From Emiliania huxleyi CCMP1516 (taxonomy: Eukaryota), in assembly GCF_000372725.1 (NCBI RefSeq), contig NW_005201287.1, positions 775,081-839,080 on the forward strand: a stretch of DNA of 64,000 nt. Reading direction: 5' to 3'. Shown here piece after piece: positions 1-11,500 of the stretch (positions are counted from its first letter, which is position 1; every line of letters starts with the position of its first letter). The notes beneath the pieces are model-generated. The model worked only from the letters and a program-made list of their open reading frames with translations, had not been told where the DNA came from and ran no database searches. The position numbers and the translations under genes are program-made.

Positions 1-760
1 CGCGTCCAGGTATTTTTCGGGTAAACCTGGACTTTTGCAGGTATACCCGGGTTTTACCCGGATTTGGCCTTGTGCCGTCTAAGTTCATGGCCCCCGACCA
101 TACAGCGTCTAAGTCCGAGCCCGGCTCCGTGCGGGGGCTAAGTTGAGCGCTTGCTCGCTGCAGAGGCTAAGTGTAGAGCGACCCTCTAGCCCTACTACCC
201 AACCATTCTGTGGAGGGCACCTCCGCTGGCCATCGCCGGCTGGGCTGCGGCTCCGGCGCTGCCACGCGCTGCAGACGAAGTTGCTGACAACGACGAGCAA
301 GGTGAAGCTGCCGCCTCGACCTCGTCCGCCGCCTCGGCCTCTACCTTCTCGCCCTCACCCGCCTCGATTGAGGTGGTTGCGACGGTGACACGGATTGTAG
401 CGAAGAAGCTCCGTCCGGCGCCGCCCGAGATCCTGCCCGAGGTTGTCCCGGTGGCGGCGCCGAACTTTGCCTCTCACCTCTTCTCTTGCTTCTTGAGCAT
501 CTGCGGGGCTGCTGCGCACCATCTCTGAGCACTGAGGAGCCGCTGTTGCGCGCGAAAAAGGCGCGCGATTGTCGCTCTATCGGCACGGAGAAGGGAGCGG
601 TGGGCAGTGGCTTCTTCATCCCAAGCTCGAACGGGCTGCGGCTTATCACGTGTGAGCTGATGCACTCTCTATAGATAGACTGTCGGCCGAACTCACTAAA
701 GTACGTAGTGGCACCATCGAGCCGAACACTGCGACCAAAATATAGGGGCCCCGGAGCGCG

Positions 761-2787
761 TCATTTGACTAGGAACCCGCAACCACGCTCGCGCAGCAAG
801 CGGTCGCGCCAGCGATCGTCGCCACAGAGGTACGAGACCCGCGCGGCGACGTCGGCCCGCATCGCCTGGACGGCCGCCGCGAACGCTCGCAGGCGCGGCA
901 GCACGTGCGCCTCGAAGTTGGCCGCGTGCCACATCGGCGGCCCGTGCAGCTCGACGGGGGAAACGTCCATCTCCTCGCCGAGCGTCTGGACGAGGTGCGC
1001 CGCCTCGGCACGCAGCATGAGCGAGTAGGCGACGGCCTGCAGCTGGTCGTGCAGCGCGGGCGGTCGCGCGATGCGGCGCACGCGGCTCTTCACCTCAACC
1101 ACCACGGTCCGCAGCGCCCAGCTCTCCTCGCCCTCGCCCTCGCCCTCGCCGCGCGTGAGCACAACCTCGTCCGCCACGCCGTCGACCGCGCCGACCAGCC
1201 GCACGAGGGGCGGCGGCAGGGGCGGAGAGGCCGAGTCGCCGCCCTCCAGCCCGCCCCTCCCCGGCCCGCAGCGCCGCCCCTCCGCCGCGGCGATCCGCAG
1301 CCGGCGGCGCGTGATTGCGAGGTCCGCCCTCAGCGCGGAGATGTCCCACGCGGCACCGCCGTGGCAATAGTCGGCGGCGCGGCTGAGGCGAGCCGGCGGC
1401 CGTCCCTCGCCCGCCGCCTCGGGAGCGGCGGCCGCCTCCGCGCAGCGCAGGCTCGCGAGGAGTGCTCGGCCGCGCGCGACCCGGAGGTCGGAGAAGAGGG
1501 CCTGCAGGAGGGGTCGGAGCAGGGTCGGAGAAGGGGCCAGGGAAGGGCCAGGGAAGCGGCGCAGGTCGGAGCGGCCAGCCTGCACGTCCCAGCCGCCAGC
1601 GGGCAGGCGGTAGTCCGCCGGCCGGGAGGACGGGTCGAGCGAGAAGAGAGCGCGCGCCCACGCCTCCACCTGGGGCGGACGGTGCGGGGTCGGAGTCGGC
1701 GTTGTGCGGTGTGCCAGGGTCGGGCCAAGCTCTCCAGTTGGCCGAAGGGCTGCAGGTGTCTGCAGAGAGCGGTGATCGGAAGGGGGTTGGGGAGGGAGGA
1801 GCGGTGTTGAGGAGCCGCCTCTCCCCTCTCGACGGCGAGCGCCGCGCGGCAGCGGTCGAGCGCGCGGAGCCAGCGACGCGCCCGGCCGCCGTCGTCAGAG
1901 CCGGCGGCGCGGGGCCGGCTGGAGGCAGCTGCTCTAACCCTTCCGCCGGGCCTCCTACCGACGCGTCGAGGGACGTGTCGTGGACGTGCCTCCCCCCTCC
2001 CGCTGCCTTGCTGGCGGCCGCGCCACGACGCGACGTGTTCCACCGGCCGGCGTGGCTCCTCCGCGTCCGCACCAATCGGCCAGACGAGCAGCGCGTCATT
2101 CGAGTCGCGCACCGCGCAGCCGAACCGCTGCTCGTACTTGCGCAGCGCAGACGCCTCGCTCCGGCACCCGTGCGAGGTGTTGAGGCGTGAGCGGACGGCC
2201 GCGGCAGCGAGCGCCGCCTCTGCCCCTACCGTCCCCTCCGCCGCTGCCGCGGCGAGGCACGCAGCGGCCGCGTCGCCCGCAGCTGCAGCGCCGCCCGCCG
2301 AGGGCGGCTGCCGATCGGCCGCTGCCAGGACGGCGGCCAGCTCGCTCGCGAGCTGGCGGGCGCCACGCTCCTCGCCGCTCCTCTCAGGGCCGTCCGCGGC
2401 GGCGAGGAGGCGCCGGAGCGCCTCCTCCTCGGGGTCGACGAGGGAGAGGCCAAGCAGCTCGCCGTCGTCCTCGAGCGTCTGCCTGCCTGCGCGGCCTCCG
2501 TACAGCGCGGAGAGGAAGGTGGCGTGCGCATCTGCCCACGGGTGGTAGCCGGTTGCGGCGGCGAGGGAAGAGACGCGGATCGTGACTGCTTCTGCAGGCG
2601 CACAACTGCCACCGGCAGGCTCGGGAGGGACGCCTCGGCTTCTCAGCAGGCGCCGCGGCTCCGCACCAACGCCCTCCGGCGCCACTGCCATATGTCGCGC
2701 CGCCTTGGCTGGCGGCGCCGCCGACGCGCATGGCCGCTTGCCATTGTCGAGCGAGCGGAGGGCAGCACGCTCCGCCACGGTGGACAT
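761..2787 (-). CDS. YqaJ-like viral recombinase / lambda-exonuclease-fold PD-(D/E)XK nuclease (spliced)
   Basis: Motifs in order across ORFs 1330..3021 and 761..1669: IRVSSLAAATGYHPW, LNTSHGCRSEASALRKYE, LVGAVDG, VVVEVKSR, HDQLQAVAY. The frame change between the ORFs implies an intron. Start MSTVAER at 2787 is tentative. Confidence 0.7.
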
Positions 2788-3149
2788 TTCGGGGGCGACG
2801 TAGCACAGGCCACGAGCGGTGTGGTCGTCGACCTGCTGATTCAGCACGGGCGGCCAAAACACAAAGCGACAAGCGCGGGCGACGGCTTCCTGGAAGCCGT
2901 AGCCCCCACCAGGAGCAGTCACCCACTCCCACTCCGGCGCCGCGCCGCCCCACCCCAACGCCCCCACCACGCCCCCGACCCGAAAGAAAGGAAAGCATGT
3001 CTTTCTTCCCAACGTAGGCAAAAAAAGAAAGACTTTTTTCTTCGGTTTTGACCCTCAAGAGGCGCGGCTGCCAACCAAACTTCCGCGAATCGCCCGCCCC
3101 GTACCCCCCTAACGAGGTAAAGCTCGTCGAGGGCTGCGCCGCGAAGCGC

Positions 3150-4721
3150 ATGATGCCTGCCGAGGGACAGCGGCAGCGCCGCTCGCGGACGCTGTATTCA
3201 GCGGAGTTCAAGCTCCGCGTCGTCCGCGAGGCGCTCGCCCGCCCGGAAACGTGCAGAATCAAGCCGACCTGCCGGGACCATCCGGGCGTTGAGCCGGCGC
3301 GGGGCAGATTCTCCAGAGCCTCTCACTGCCCCCACGTCCCCTCGACTGGGGTCGTCGCGAGCCACTGCCACCTTGCCCAGTTCACACAAAATGCCGCCGC
3401 TCTCGTTCGCTCCGCCTTCCCCAGTGAGTGAGCGGATGGGCGGGCCCCGGTGGGTCCCGCCACGCCAAGAAGAGGGGACGCCACTGGCCAGTCCACCCGC
3501 CGCCACTTCTGTTGCAGGCGCAGTTGCGCAAGTGGATCAAAAACATCGAATCGCTGGAGTCCCTCGCGCAGCTGGAGGCGCGGCAGTTCAAGATCCGGCG
3601 CGATTTTATGGCCCCACCGGTGGACGGGATGGGCATTGGTGTTGGCATGCCGAGCTGCGACTCGATGGGGGCGTCGCAGCTCGCGGCCCAGGCGAAGCGG
3701 GAGCCTTCGTGGACCCACCTTGGGTTGCGAGCCCCACTCTCAGCGTCTCGCGTTGTGCCGAAGGCGCCGCAGCAGCTGCACTTCCAGCAGCCCGTGCAGC
3801 AACTCCCGCCGCAAGCCCCCCAAGGACCGCAAGGACAGCCTCACTACGTGCAGCCACACGCGGTGGCGCAGTCGGCGTGCTCCAGCGAGGCACCCGCGCG
3901 CGAGTGCGCCTGCTCCCAACCACCCCCACCCTCTCACCGTGGTGCGTGCCCGCGCTCCAGGCGGCGCAGGCGGCGGACGCACTGCTCCTTTCATCGCAGC
4001 CGCAGCTTGCGCCGCAGCACATACACGCCCAACAGGCAATGTGCCCGTCGACGTCGCACGGGGCTCTACAGCAAGCAGAATCGAGCCCGCTGGCTGGGCC
4101 GTCCGGGCTTCTGCCAACGCGCCAGCCGCAGTCAGCTGCAGGGCGGCACGGAAATGTGTTCTGAAATCTGATATGTGTGCGGCCCTGACCCTCGGCCCGT
4201 TTGACTCCAGGCTCCCAGGCAGTACGTCTTGGCTGCTCCCGATGGACGCCATCGTGCAGGCGGCCTCGGTGGCGATCCAGCCCCCCTCCCACTCCTCGCC
4301 TTCGCCGCACTGCGCGCCGCCTGCAGCGCTGCCCATGCCCGAGGCTGGCGCTGGCTCTGGCGGGCCTGGCAACAACATCGATGCCTGGATTGCAGCCATC
4401 AACTCGGTCCAGGCGCGCCAAAGCTCCGACGCGTCGGAGGCGCAGGAGCTGGGCTCTCACGCCGCGCAACCATTGCACGTCGGCGAAAAGAGGCCCCGCG
4501 AGCTGGCGCCACATGAGCTGGATCTGGTGCAGCAGGGTCTGCCGCCGCAGGGACTCGCGCCGCAGGGGGCGGCGCAGCAGCAGGGGCTACATCAAGTGGC
4601 GCTGCCGCCGCAGCAGGCGCCGCCACAGCAGCATTCTGACGCAGCGGGGCAGCAGGCGCCGCTCGCATCGGCAGCCGAGGCGCTCAGCCTGTTGACTGGT
4701 GGGGGCTGGGCTGAGAGCTGA
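3150..4721 (+). CDS. HTH transcription factor with Brinker-DBD-like N-terminus and Q/P-rich tail (spliced)
   Basis: RTLYSAEFKLRVVREAL...TCRDHPGVEP joins across a GC-AG intron (about 3297-3517) to AQLRKWIKN. Low-complexity Q/A/P exons follow to the stop at 4721. Confidence 0.55.
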
Positions 4722-5429
4722 GCCTCCGGTGCCTCTGTCGAGCGGTGAGACCATGCAGCTCTTTCGTGGGCAACGGAGGACGGTGGGCTAAGGAGCTCTG
4801 CACGACGAACGCACGTCGACGCCCACGCGCCCCTGCCCGGCTGGCAGGGGGCTGGGGGCTGTGGAAAGCTCTCTAGTGTTGCATTTGTGGCTCCTGGCTC
4901 GGCTGCGCGTTGGGCTCGACGGTCGACCGCTCGAGCTCGACGCTCGGACCTCGGTGTCGCTCGCTGACGCCGTCAATGGGCGGCACCGTTCGCAGCTCTC
5001 TGCAGCGCGCTCGGAAGCCGACTCCGGAGTCCGGTCTCGCGCAGCGCGCACCGCGCAGCGGAGAGCGGGGACGGGCGCACCGCCGGGTGGGGCACAGCTG
5101 CAAACGTGCGCACAGGGCGGCCGGGTGCGCCGTGGCGCGTGCCCAGCTGAGCTCCATAAATTTCATAAATAACCTTTACAAAATGGCCGCGCACGCATCC
5201 TGGCTCTGACGCACCGTAGTACAACCGTCTCTCTTTCCAGAGCTCACACTCGCTGCGCTGCGCCCTCCACAGCCCTCCACAGCAACGAACCTCTCAAAAA
5301 GGAAAAACCAACCGATTGAACATGCTGATGCCGTCAGAACCCCTCGTACTTGGTGGCGTGCGAGCCCGCGGCCCACGCCCCACACCGCTGGCGCGGCCAA
5401 TCCAACTATGCGTATCTGCTCGACAGCCT

Positions 5430-7099
5430 CTAGTGGCCCGGCATGGGGAAGGCTCCGGCAAAGGCCTCAACCTCGGAGCACATGCCGGCGAGCTTGTCGG
5501 CGTTGGCCTTCTCGTCGATGGCCTTGAGGAAGTCGGCGAGCTTCTTGCCCGACGCCTTCTGCACCTCGAGCGCGAACTGGATGCCGCGGTGCAGGAACTC
5601 GCCAACCTTGACAAAGTCCGCCTCCTTGAGGCCGCGCGTCGTCATCGCAGGCGTGCCGATCCGGATGCCGCCGGGCGCCATCGCGCTCACGTCGCCGTGC
5701 ACCGCGTTCTTGTTGAGCGTGATGTGCATGTGCTCGAGCACCTTCTCCATCTTGTTGCCCGTCAGGCCGAGCGGCCGCAGGTCGAGCAGCATCAGGTGGT
5801 TCTCGGTGCCGTTGGTCGCGAGCTTGTAGCCCTGAGCGACGAGGTAGTCGGCCAGCGCCTTTGCGTTGGCGCGCACCTGCTTCGCGTACAGCTTGAACTC
5901 GGGCGTCGCAACCTCCTTGAGCTGCGTCGCCAGCGCCGCGATCTGGTGGTTGTGCGGCCCGCCCTGCAGCGCCGGGAAGACGGCAAAGTTGATGGCGTCC
6001 TCGTACTCGTAGTGCGGCGCATTCTCCGCGTCCGACTTGGGGCCGCGGCGGAAGAAGATCATGCCCGCGCGCGGGCCGCGCAGCGACTTGTGCGTCGTGG
6101 TGGTGACCACGTCCGCATAGTCAAAGGGCGACTTCTGCTCGCCCGTGGCCACAAGGCCGGAGATGTGCGCCTGCGACAGCGCCGCGGCAGGAGTCAGGGC
6201 AACGAGGCGGCGAGAGTGCGACGGCGGCGGAACGAGGGCGGCTGCGCTGCGCCGGCGCCGCGACGTAGCCGCCGGCGAGAGCAGGCGCCGGGCCCAGGGC
6301 GGTGCGATGGCGACGGCGGTGCGGGCGTGCGGGCGTGCGTGCACGCCATGTCGACAAGGAGGAAGGCGCCCGTCTTGTCGCAAATGTCGCGCATGCGTGC
6401 GTAGTCCCAATCGCGCGGGTAGGCGGAGGCGCCCGCGATGATCATCTTGGGCCGGAAGACCATCGCCGTCTTCTCGAGCTGTCGAGGGGCAGGCGAGTGC
6501 TCGCGTCGGGCGCACGGCGCACTAGCGGCGGGCAGGCGGCGGCGGGCAGGCGGCGGTGGGTAGGTGGTGGGGGCTGCAGGCGGCGCGCAGCGCACGTGGT
6601 CGTAATCGATGAGGCCGGTCTGGCTGTCGACGTGGTAGGGGAGGGACTCGAAGTAGATGGACGTGGCCGAGATCTTCTTCTTGGCGGTGTAGTAGCCGTG
6701 CGTGAGATGGCCGCCCGACGGCAAGTCGAGCCCCATGACGCGGTCGTGCGGCGTGAGCAGCGCAGTGTAGACGGCGAAGTTGGCGGGCGAGCCGGAGTAG
6801 GGCTGCACGTTGACGCCCCACTTGGCCGGATCGCAGTTGAACGCGGCGAGCGCGCGCGAGCGGCACAGGTTCTCCACCTGGTCAATGATCTGGTTGCCGC
6901 CATAGTAGCGCGCGCCAGGCATGCCCTCAGAGTACTTGTTGGTCATGCACGAGCCGAGGCACTCCATCACCGCCTTGGAGGTGAAGTTCTCGGACGCGAT
7001 GAGCTCGATGCCATTGACCTGCCGCTTCTTCTCCTCGAGCAGGAAGCGGTAGACCTCAGGGTCCCAGTCCTTCAGGTTGGCGTCAGCGCACGAGGCCAT
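5430..7099 (-). CDS. SHMT: Serine hydroxymethyltransferase, probably cytosolic (2 introns)
   Basis: [34 protein letters not shown], the PLP-lysine motif [14 protein letters not shown] and [13 protein letters not shown]. No N-terminal targeting extension. Confidence 0.97.
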
Positions 7100-7422
7100 G
7101 GTGTCTGCGGGCGCGGCGCGCGGCGCGTGAGCGGTGTCGGTCGTCTCTGGTGTGTGTCGGAGTGCTTCTGCGGGAGAGGCAGCAGGCTGCGAGTGTGAAC
7201 GGTGTGTGCTGGCGGCCGGAAGGAGAGAGGCCCGCTATCAGAATCTCTGTGTTCTGCGTGCGGCATCGCTGTGCCAGCGCCGCAGGCTGGCCGGCGCGGC
7301 GAGACAACAGGTCCGCGGCGCCGCGCCGCCGTGGTAGGCGCCGACGGCGCGGCCCACCGCAGAGTGGCGAGGCGGGAAGGGCCGCTGTGCGGCAGCGCGC
7401 TAGGGTCGGCTATAGCGTGCCT

Positions 7423-8379
7423 TGCACGGAGCGGTGGTTCCGTGATCGCCGTGAAATGTCTATTCTTTTTTTGCTTAGCGGCCCTCATCCGTCCACCAAT
7501 ACCGCGTTGGTGTCCAGTCCAAGCCTGACTGTTATTCATCTTTCTACATACATACATACGGGGTATGTAGGGTAGGTCTGTTACTAAGTACCCGAACACC
7601 TCTCTTCCCGGGCACGATCTCAGGGCCCTCCCGTCGGGGTTTTCCCTCTCTTCACGCTGGAATTTTCACAGCATAAAAAGAAAATTTCCGGGGAAATCAC
7701 GATGTCAAACGTCCCCAAATGGGTGATCTGATGCTTGTCGTTGGAATGCGGAGCTCTTCGCACTCTCTAGGGGTTGGAGCGATGTCTCGCTCCACTAGTA
7801 CCTCGCACTTTCGTACTCTCTGTTTGTCTTGCGTGACACTTGTGCCTCCACACTGTCCAGTGTGACTCATCGTGTCACGCACGCCGATGCGGCTCGTTTA
7901 GTTGTTCGTCGGCGGCTTCCAGCTCTCTTTCTGTTCTGTTTTTGCACTTGGCCTATACTCTCGGCCTCCTCCGCGCGCCGCCGGGCGCAAGTGGGAGCCC
8001 TCGTGCTCCCCGGAATCAAACGTGGTGACCCGTGATTGGTCGAACTAGGGACAACGATCGCATTTCATTTTTTTAGTGTAGCGGCCAAGTCCGTACACCG
8101 TAGGTAAGATTAGGTGTATATAGGCGGCGCGAACGAAAGCCCCACCCAGCGCCGGCCGGCCTAGCTCCCCTCGCCACGGCGCGCTCGACTGCAGGGTGTG
8201 GTGAAGAAAGAAAAAGATCCAGAACAGACAACCCAAGGGAGGGATGGGAGGACGCGGCACGCCGCCACCACACAGGACACACAGCTCACAGGGATAGGGT
8301 GTGGTGACTTGGAACCGGGGAGAGCGCTGCTCGATTGTTTTGGCCGTTCACGGCGATCACGGAACCACCGCTCCGTGCA
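7423..8379. mobile_element. MITE-like segment bounded by a perfect 33-bp inverted repeat; interior made of dispersed repeat modules
   Basis: 7423-7455 tgcacggagcggtggttccgtgatcgccgtgaa is the exact reverse complement of 8347-8379. No target-site duplication seen. Confidence 0.5.
7739..8022 (+). repeat. Dispersed repeat module A (inverted copy at 16500-16785)
   Basis: Near-identical reverse complement over about 285 bp; both copies give the spurious ORF MCLHTVQCDSSCHARRCGSF. Confidence 0.9.
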
Positions 8380-8381
8380 GG
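8112..8381 (+). repeat. Dispersed repeat module B (inverted copy at 16798-17032)
   Basis: taggcggcgcgaacgaaagccccacccagc...ggaaccaccgctccgtgcagg matches the reverse complement of 16798-17032 with indels. Confidence 0.9.
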
Positions 8382-8504
8382 GAGAGCCACTCAGCAAGTC
8401 GTGTGCGAACGTGTAGCCTTTAGCGTGCAGTCGGCCACACCTGTACTCGCGGCCCTTCCGTGCTCCAAGCTCCGGAGGTCGCCGTGGTAGCCGTGGCGGA
8501 GCAC

Positions 8505-11500
8505 TTAGGCGCTCGTGAGTGGCACGTGCAAGGCCGAGGAGGTGACCTCGCGGCGGAGCTGCGGGAGGGAGCGCGCGCCCGCGGTGAGTAAATGCGGCAC
8601 AGGGAGATTTGGCACGGAGGAGGGCGACACCTTGTACCGCATGGAGTAGACCGAGTGCAGAGGCCAGACGCCCCCGAAGATGGACGGCGCCACCCCCTCG
8701 TAGACGGCCTGTGCGGGGTGATCACGTGCTAGCGATGAGCAAGAGAGTGGGATAGTGGCCGACCGTGCGGGATCACCTCCCACCAGCCGCCCTCGTGGGC
8801 CACCTCGACGGCCGCCTATGCGAGATCGGACAGCCGTGAGACGAGGAGATGCATCGCCAGAGCACCGAAGAGTCCGGTGTAAGCAGCCCCAGGCAGCAGC
8901 GGCACGGAACCAGCGGCGCACGTCTCGCGCTCGACGCTCGGCCGCGCGAATTTGAGTGGCTCCCACACCGGCTCGTCGCCGGGGAACGCATCGTAGTCGA
9001 CGAGCAAGCCGCGAGACGGGCATGAGTCGACGACCGCCCCAGCGTATCGCGATCCGAAGAATCCCTCCGCGTGCCCCACGATCTCAACCTAGAGTGCAAA
9101 TGCTCGAGTGTGGACACGGTAGCAGAGCGCCAACGTAGGGGCAACGCCTCACCCGGTCGCCGACGGCGAAAGAGCGGGCAACCTCGTCCTCGTCCTCCCA
9201 GGCCGGCTGCTTCTGCCGCCGCGTGCGCGCCGCCCTCCCGCCCCCCTCCTCCTCCTCGCTGCTCGCGCCCATGCTCTCGTTGTCGTACTTGGCCTCCTCC
9301 GCAGCATAGTCGACCTGCTTGCGTGCCCGCATTGCCCGGCCGGCTCCGTCCACCTTTGGCGGCACGATCTCAACCTAGAGACAAATGCTCGGGTGGACGC
9401 GTTAGCGGAGCGCCAGCCCATGGGCAACGCCTCACCCGGTCGCGTACGGCGGAAGAGCGGGTAGCAACGGGCTTCGCTCGCTTTCGCTTTCGAGCTGCCG
9501 CTTTGGTCGAGCCTACAGCAGCAATCGGCTGCGCGCTGACGCCAGGGCACGTGAGGAGTGGGGTGCGCGTCCTGCTTGCTGTGGCGCCGCGATACGCCAG
9601 CATCTCGTCGGTCACCCACAGCACCTCGCAAGCGTCCGCCTGGCCGCCGCCGGCCTCGCCGCCGCCGCAGCCCGCCGCCTCGCCGCCGGCGCCCGCTGCT
9701 CGGACCGCCTCAGGAGGCTCGGCTGGAGCCTCGGCTGCCGGCTCGGCTGCCGGCTCGGCGGCGGCGGACTCGGCGGGGGACTCGGCGATGGAGGCGGAGG
9801 CGGCGGAGGCGGGAGCGGAGGCGGAGGCGGGGGTGCAGGCGGAGGCGGCCAAGGAACGCTTGAGCAGCGCGTCGAGGGTGAGGCCCTCCTCTGCCACCTC
9901 CGCGAGCTCGGTGAGGGCGGGCAGGGAGAGCCTGTCCAGAGCGGCGGCCGCCTCGCCGGCGGTGAGGTTGTCGCGGCACGCCGCCGCCGGAAGGTCGACC
10001 GTCCTCACCGCCGGGCCTGCCACCGGACCCGCCACCGCCAGCGCGGGAGCCGCCACCGCCAGCGCGGGAGCCGCAACCGCCAGCGCGGGAGCCGCAACCG
10101 CCAGCGTGGGAGCCGCCACCGCCAGCGCGGGAGCCGCCACCGCCAGCGCGGGAGCCGCAACCGCCAGCGCGGGAGCCGCCACCGCCAGCGCGGGAGCCGC
10201 CACCATGGCCAGGGTCGGAGCTGTCGCAGTCATCGCAGGGCCCGTCGTCGCCGCGGCTTGGACGGCGGCGGCGGCGGCGGCGGTCGCGCATGCGCCGGGC
10301 CACTGCGGCGGTCCGTGCGGCTCCTCGAGGCCGGGCGGCCTCTTGCAGCTGCCGCCCGCAGTGCACTCGAGCTTGAGCCGGACGCAGCGCGCGCAGGGCA
10401 TCGCGTCGTTGAGGTCGCACTTGGTCTTGGCCCGCTTGCACTGGTCGCAGGCGCGGCGCACCGGCTTCGCCTCCCCCTCGCACTGCAGCCCGAGCCGCGT
10501 GCATCGCTGGCACGGCCGCTGGTCCGTGCAGGCCGTCTTCGCCTTTTGGCAGTTCTTGCAGGCGAGGAGTGTCAGCCGGCGGCCCCTCGGCAGGGTCGCC
10601 GCGGTGCCGCGGTCCTCCCACGCAGGCGCCGCCGCGTGTTGGCGCAGCTCCTCTACCTCCTCTACCGCCACCTCCAACGCGGCCTCCACCTCCGCCTCCG
10701 CCTGCATCGCTCGCTCTTCTTGCCCCGCCCGCATCTCGGCCACCGCCCGCACCCGCGCCTCCGCCTCCGACGCCTCTCGCGCCGCGGCGTCGGCCTCAGC
10801 CCTCGCCGCCGCCTCCACCGTCTCCGCCGCCTCCGCCGCCGCTTCCGCCGCAGCCAGCTGCTGAGCGAGGGTCTGCGGCGGGTCGGGGTTGAGCGGGCTC
10901 GCCGCCACCGCCGCAGCGGCGCCCGCCTCAGGCGGAGCGAGCACCGTCAAGAGGAGCGGCGTGGCCCGGGCGGCGGTCGGCTCCGAGCGCGGGCGCACGT
11001 TGGTCAGCAGGCTGACGCGGAAGCTGCCCGGGGCGGGAGCCGCGCGGTCCAGCGACTGAAGCGCGCAGCGCTGCTGCGCCGCAAGCAGGGCGACCTTGGT
11101 CCGCGCAGCCTCGCCGCGCTCCGCCGCCTCCACCACGACCGCTGCCGCAGAGCGCGCATGCTTCGCCGCCAGCGCGGACTCCTTCTTGAGGTGGCGGTCC
11201 AGCACCTGTTCGCGATGGACTATCTGGCCAATGTGCCGCCGAGATTAAGCCGAGATGCAGCCGGTATTATCCGAGATCATTCGAGATTATGCCGAGATCT
11301 GCCAAGGTGCAGCCGAGGTGCGACCGAGAAGCGACCGAGATGCAGCCGAGATGGAAGCGCCTGCTCGCCCGCCCTCGCCGCGGCCCCGTAGCTCGCTCGG
11401 GGATCGCCTCGGCTGCAACGCGTGAGCATGCGTCGCTGCGCATCCTCGCGCGCCGACGCCGCCTCCGCCGCCGCCTCCTCCATGCCATCCGCCGCCAACT

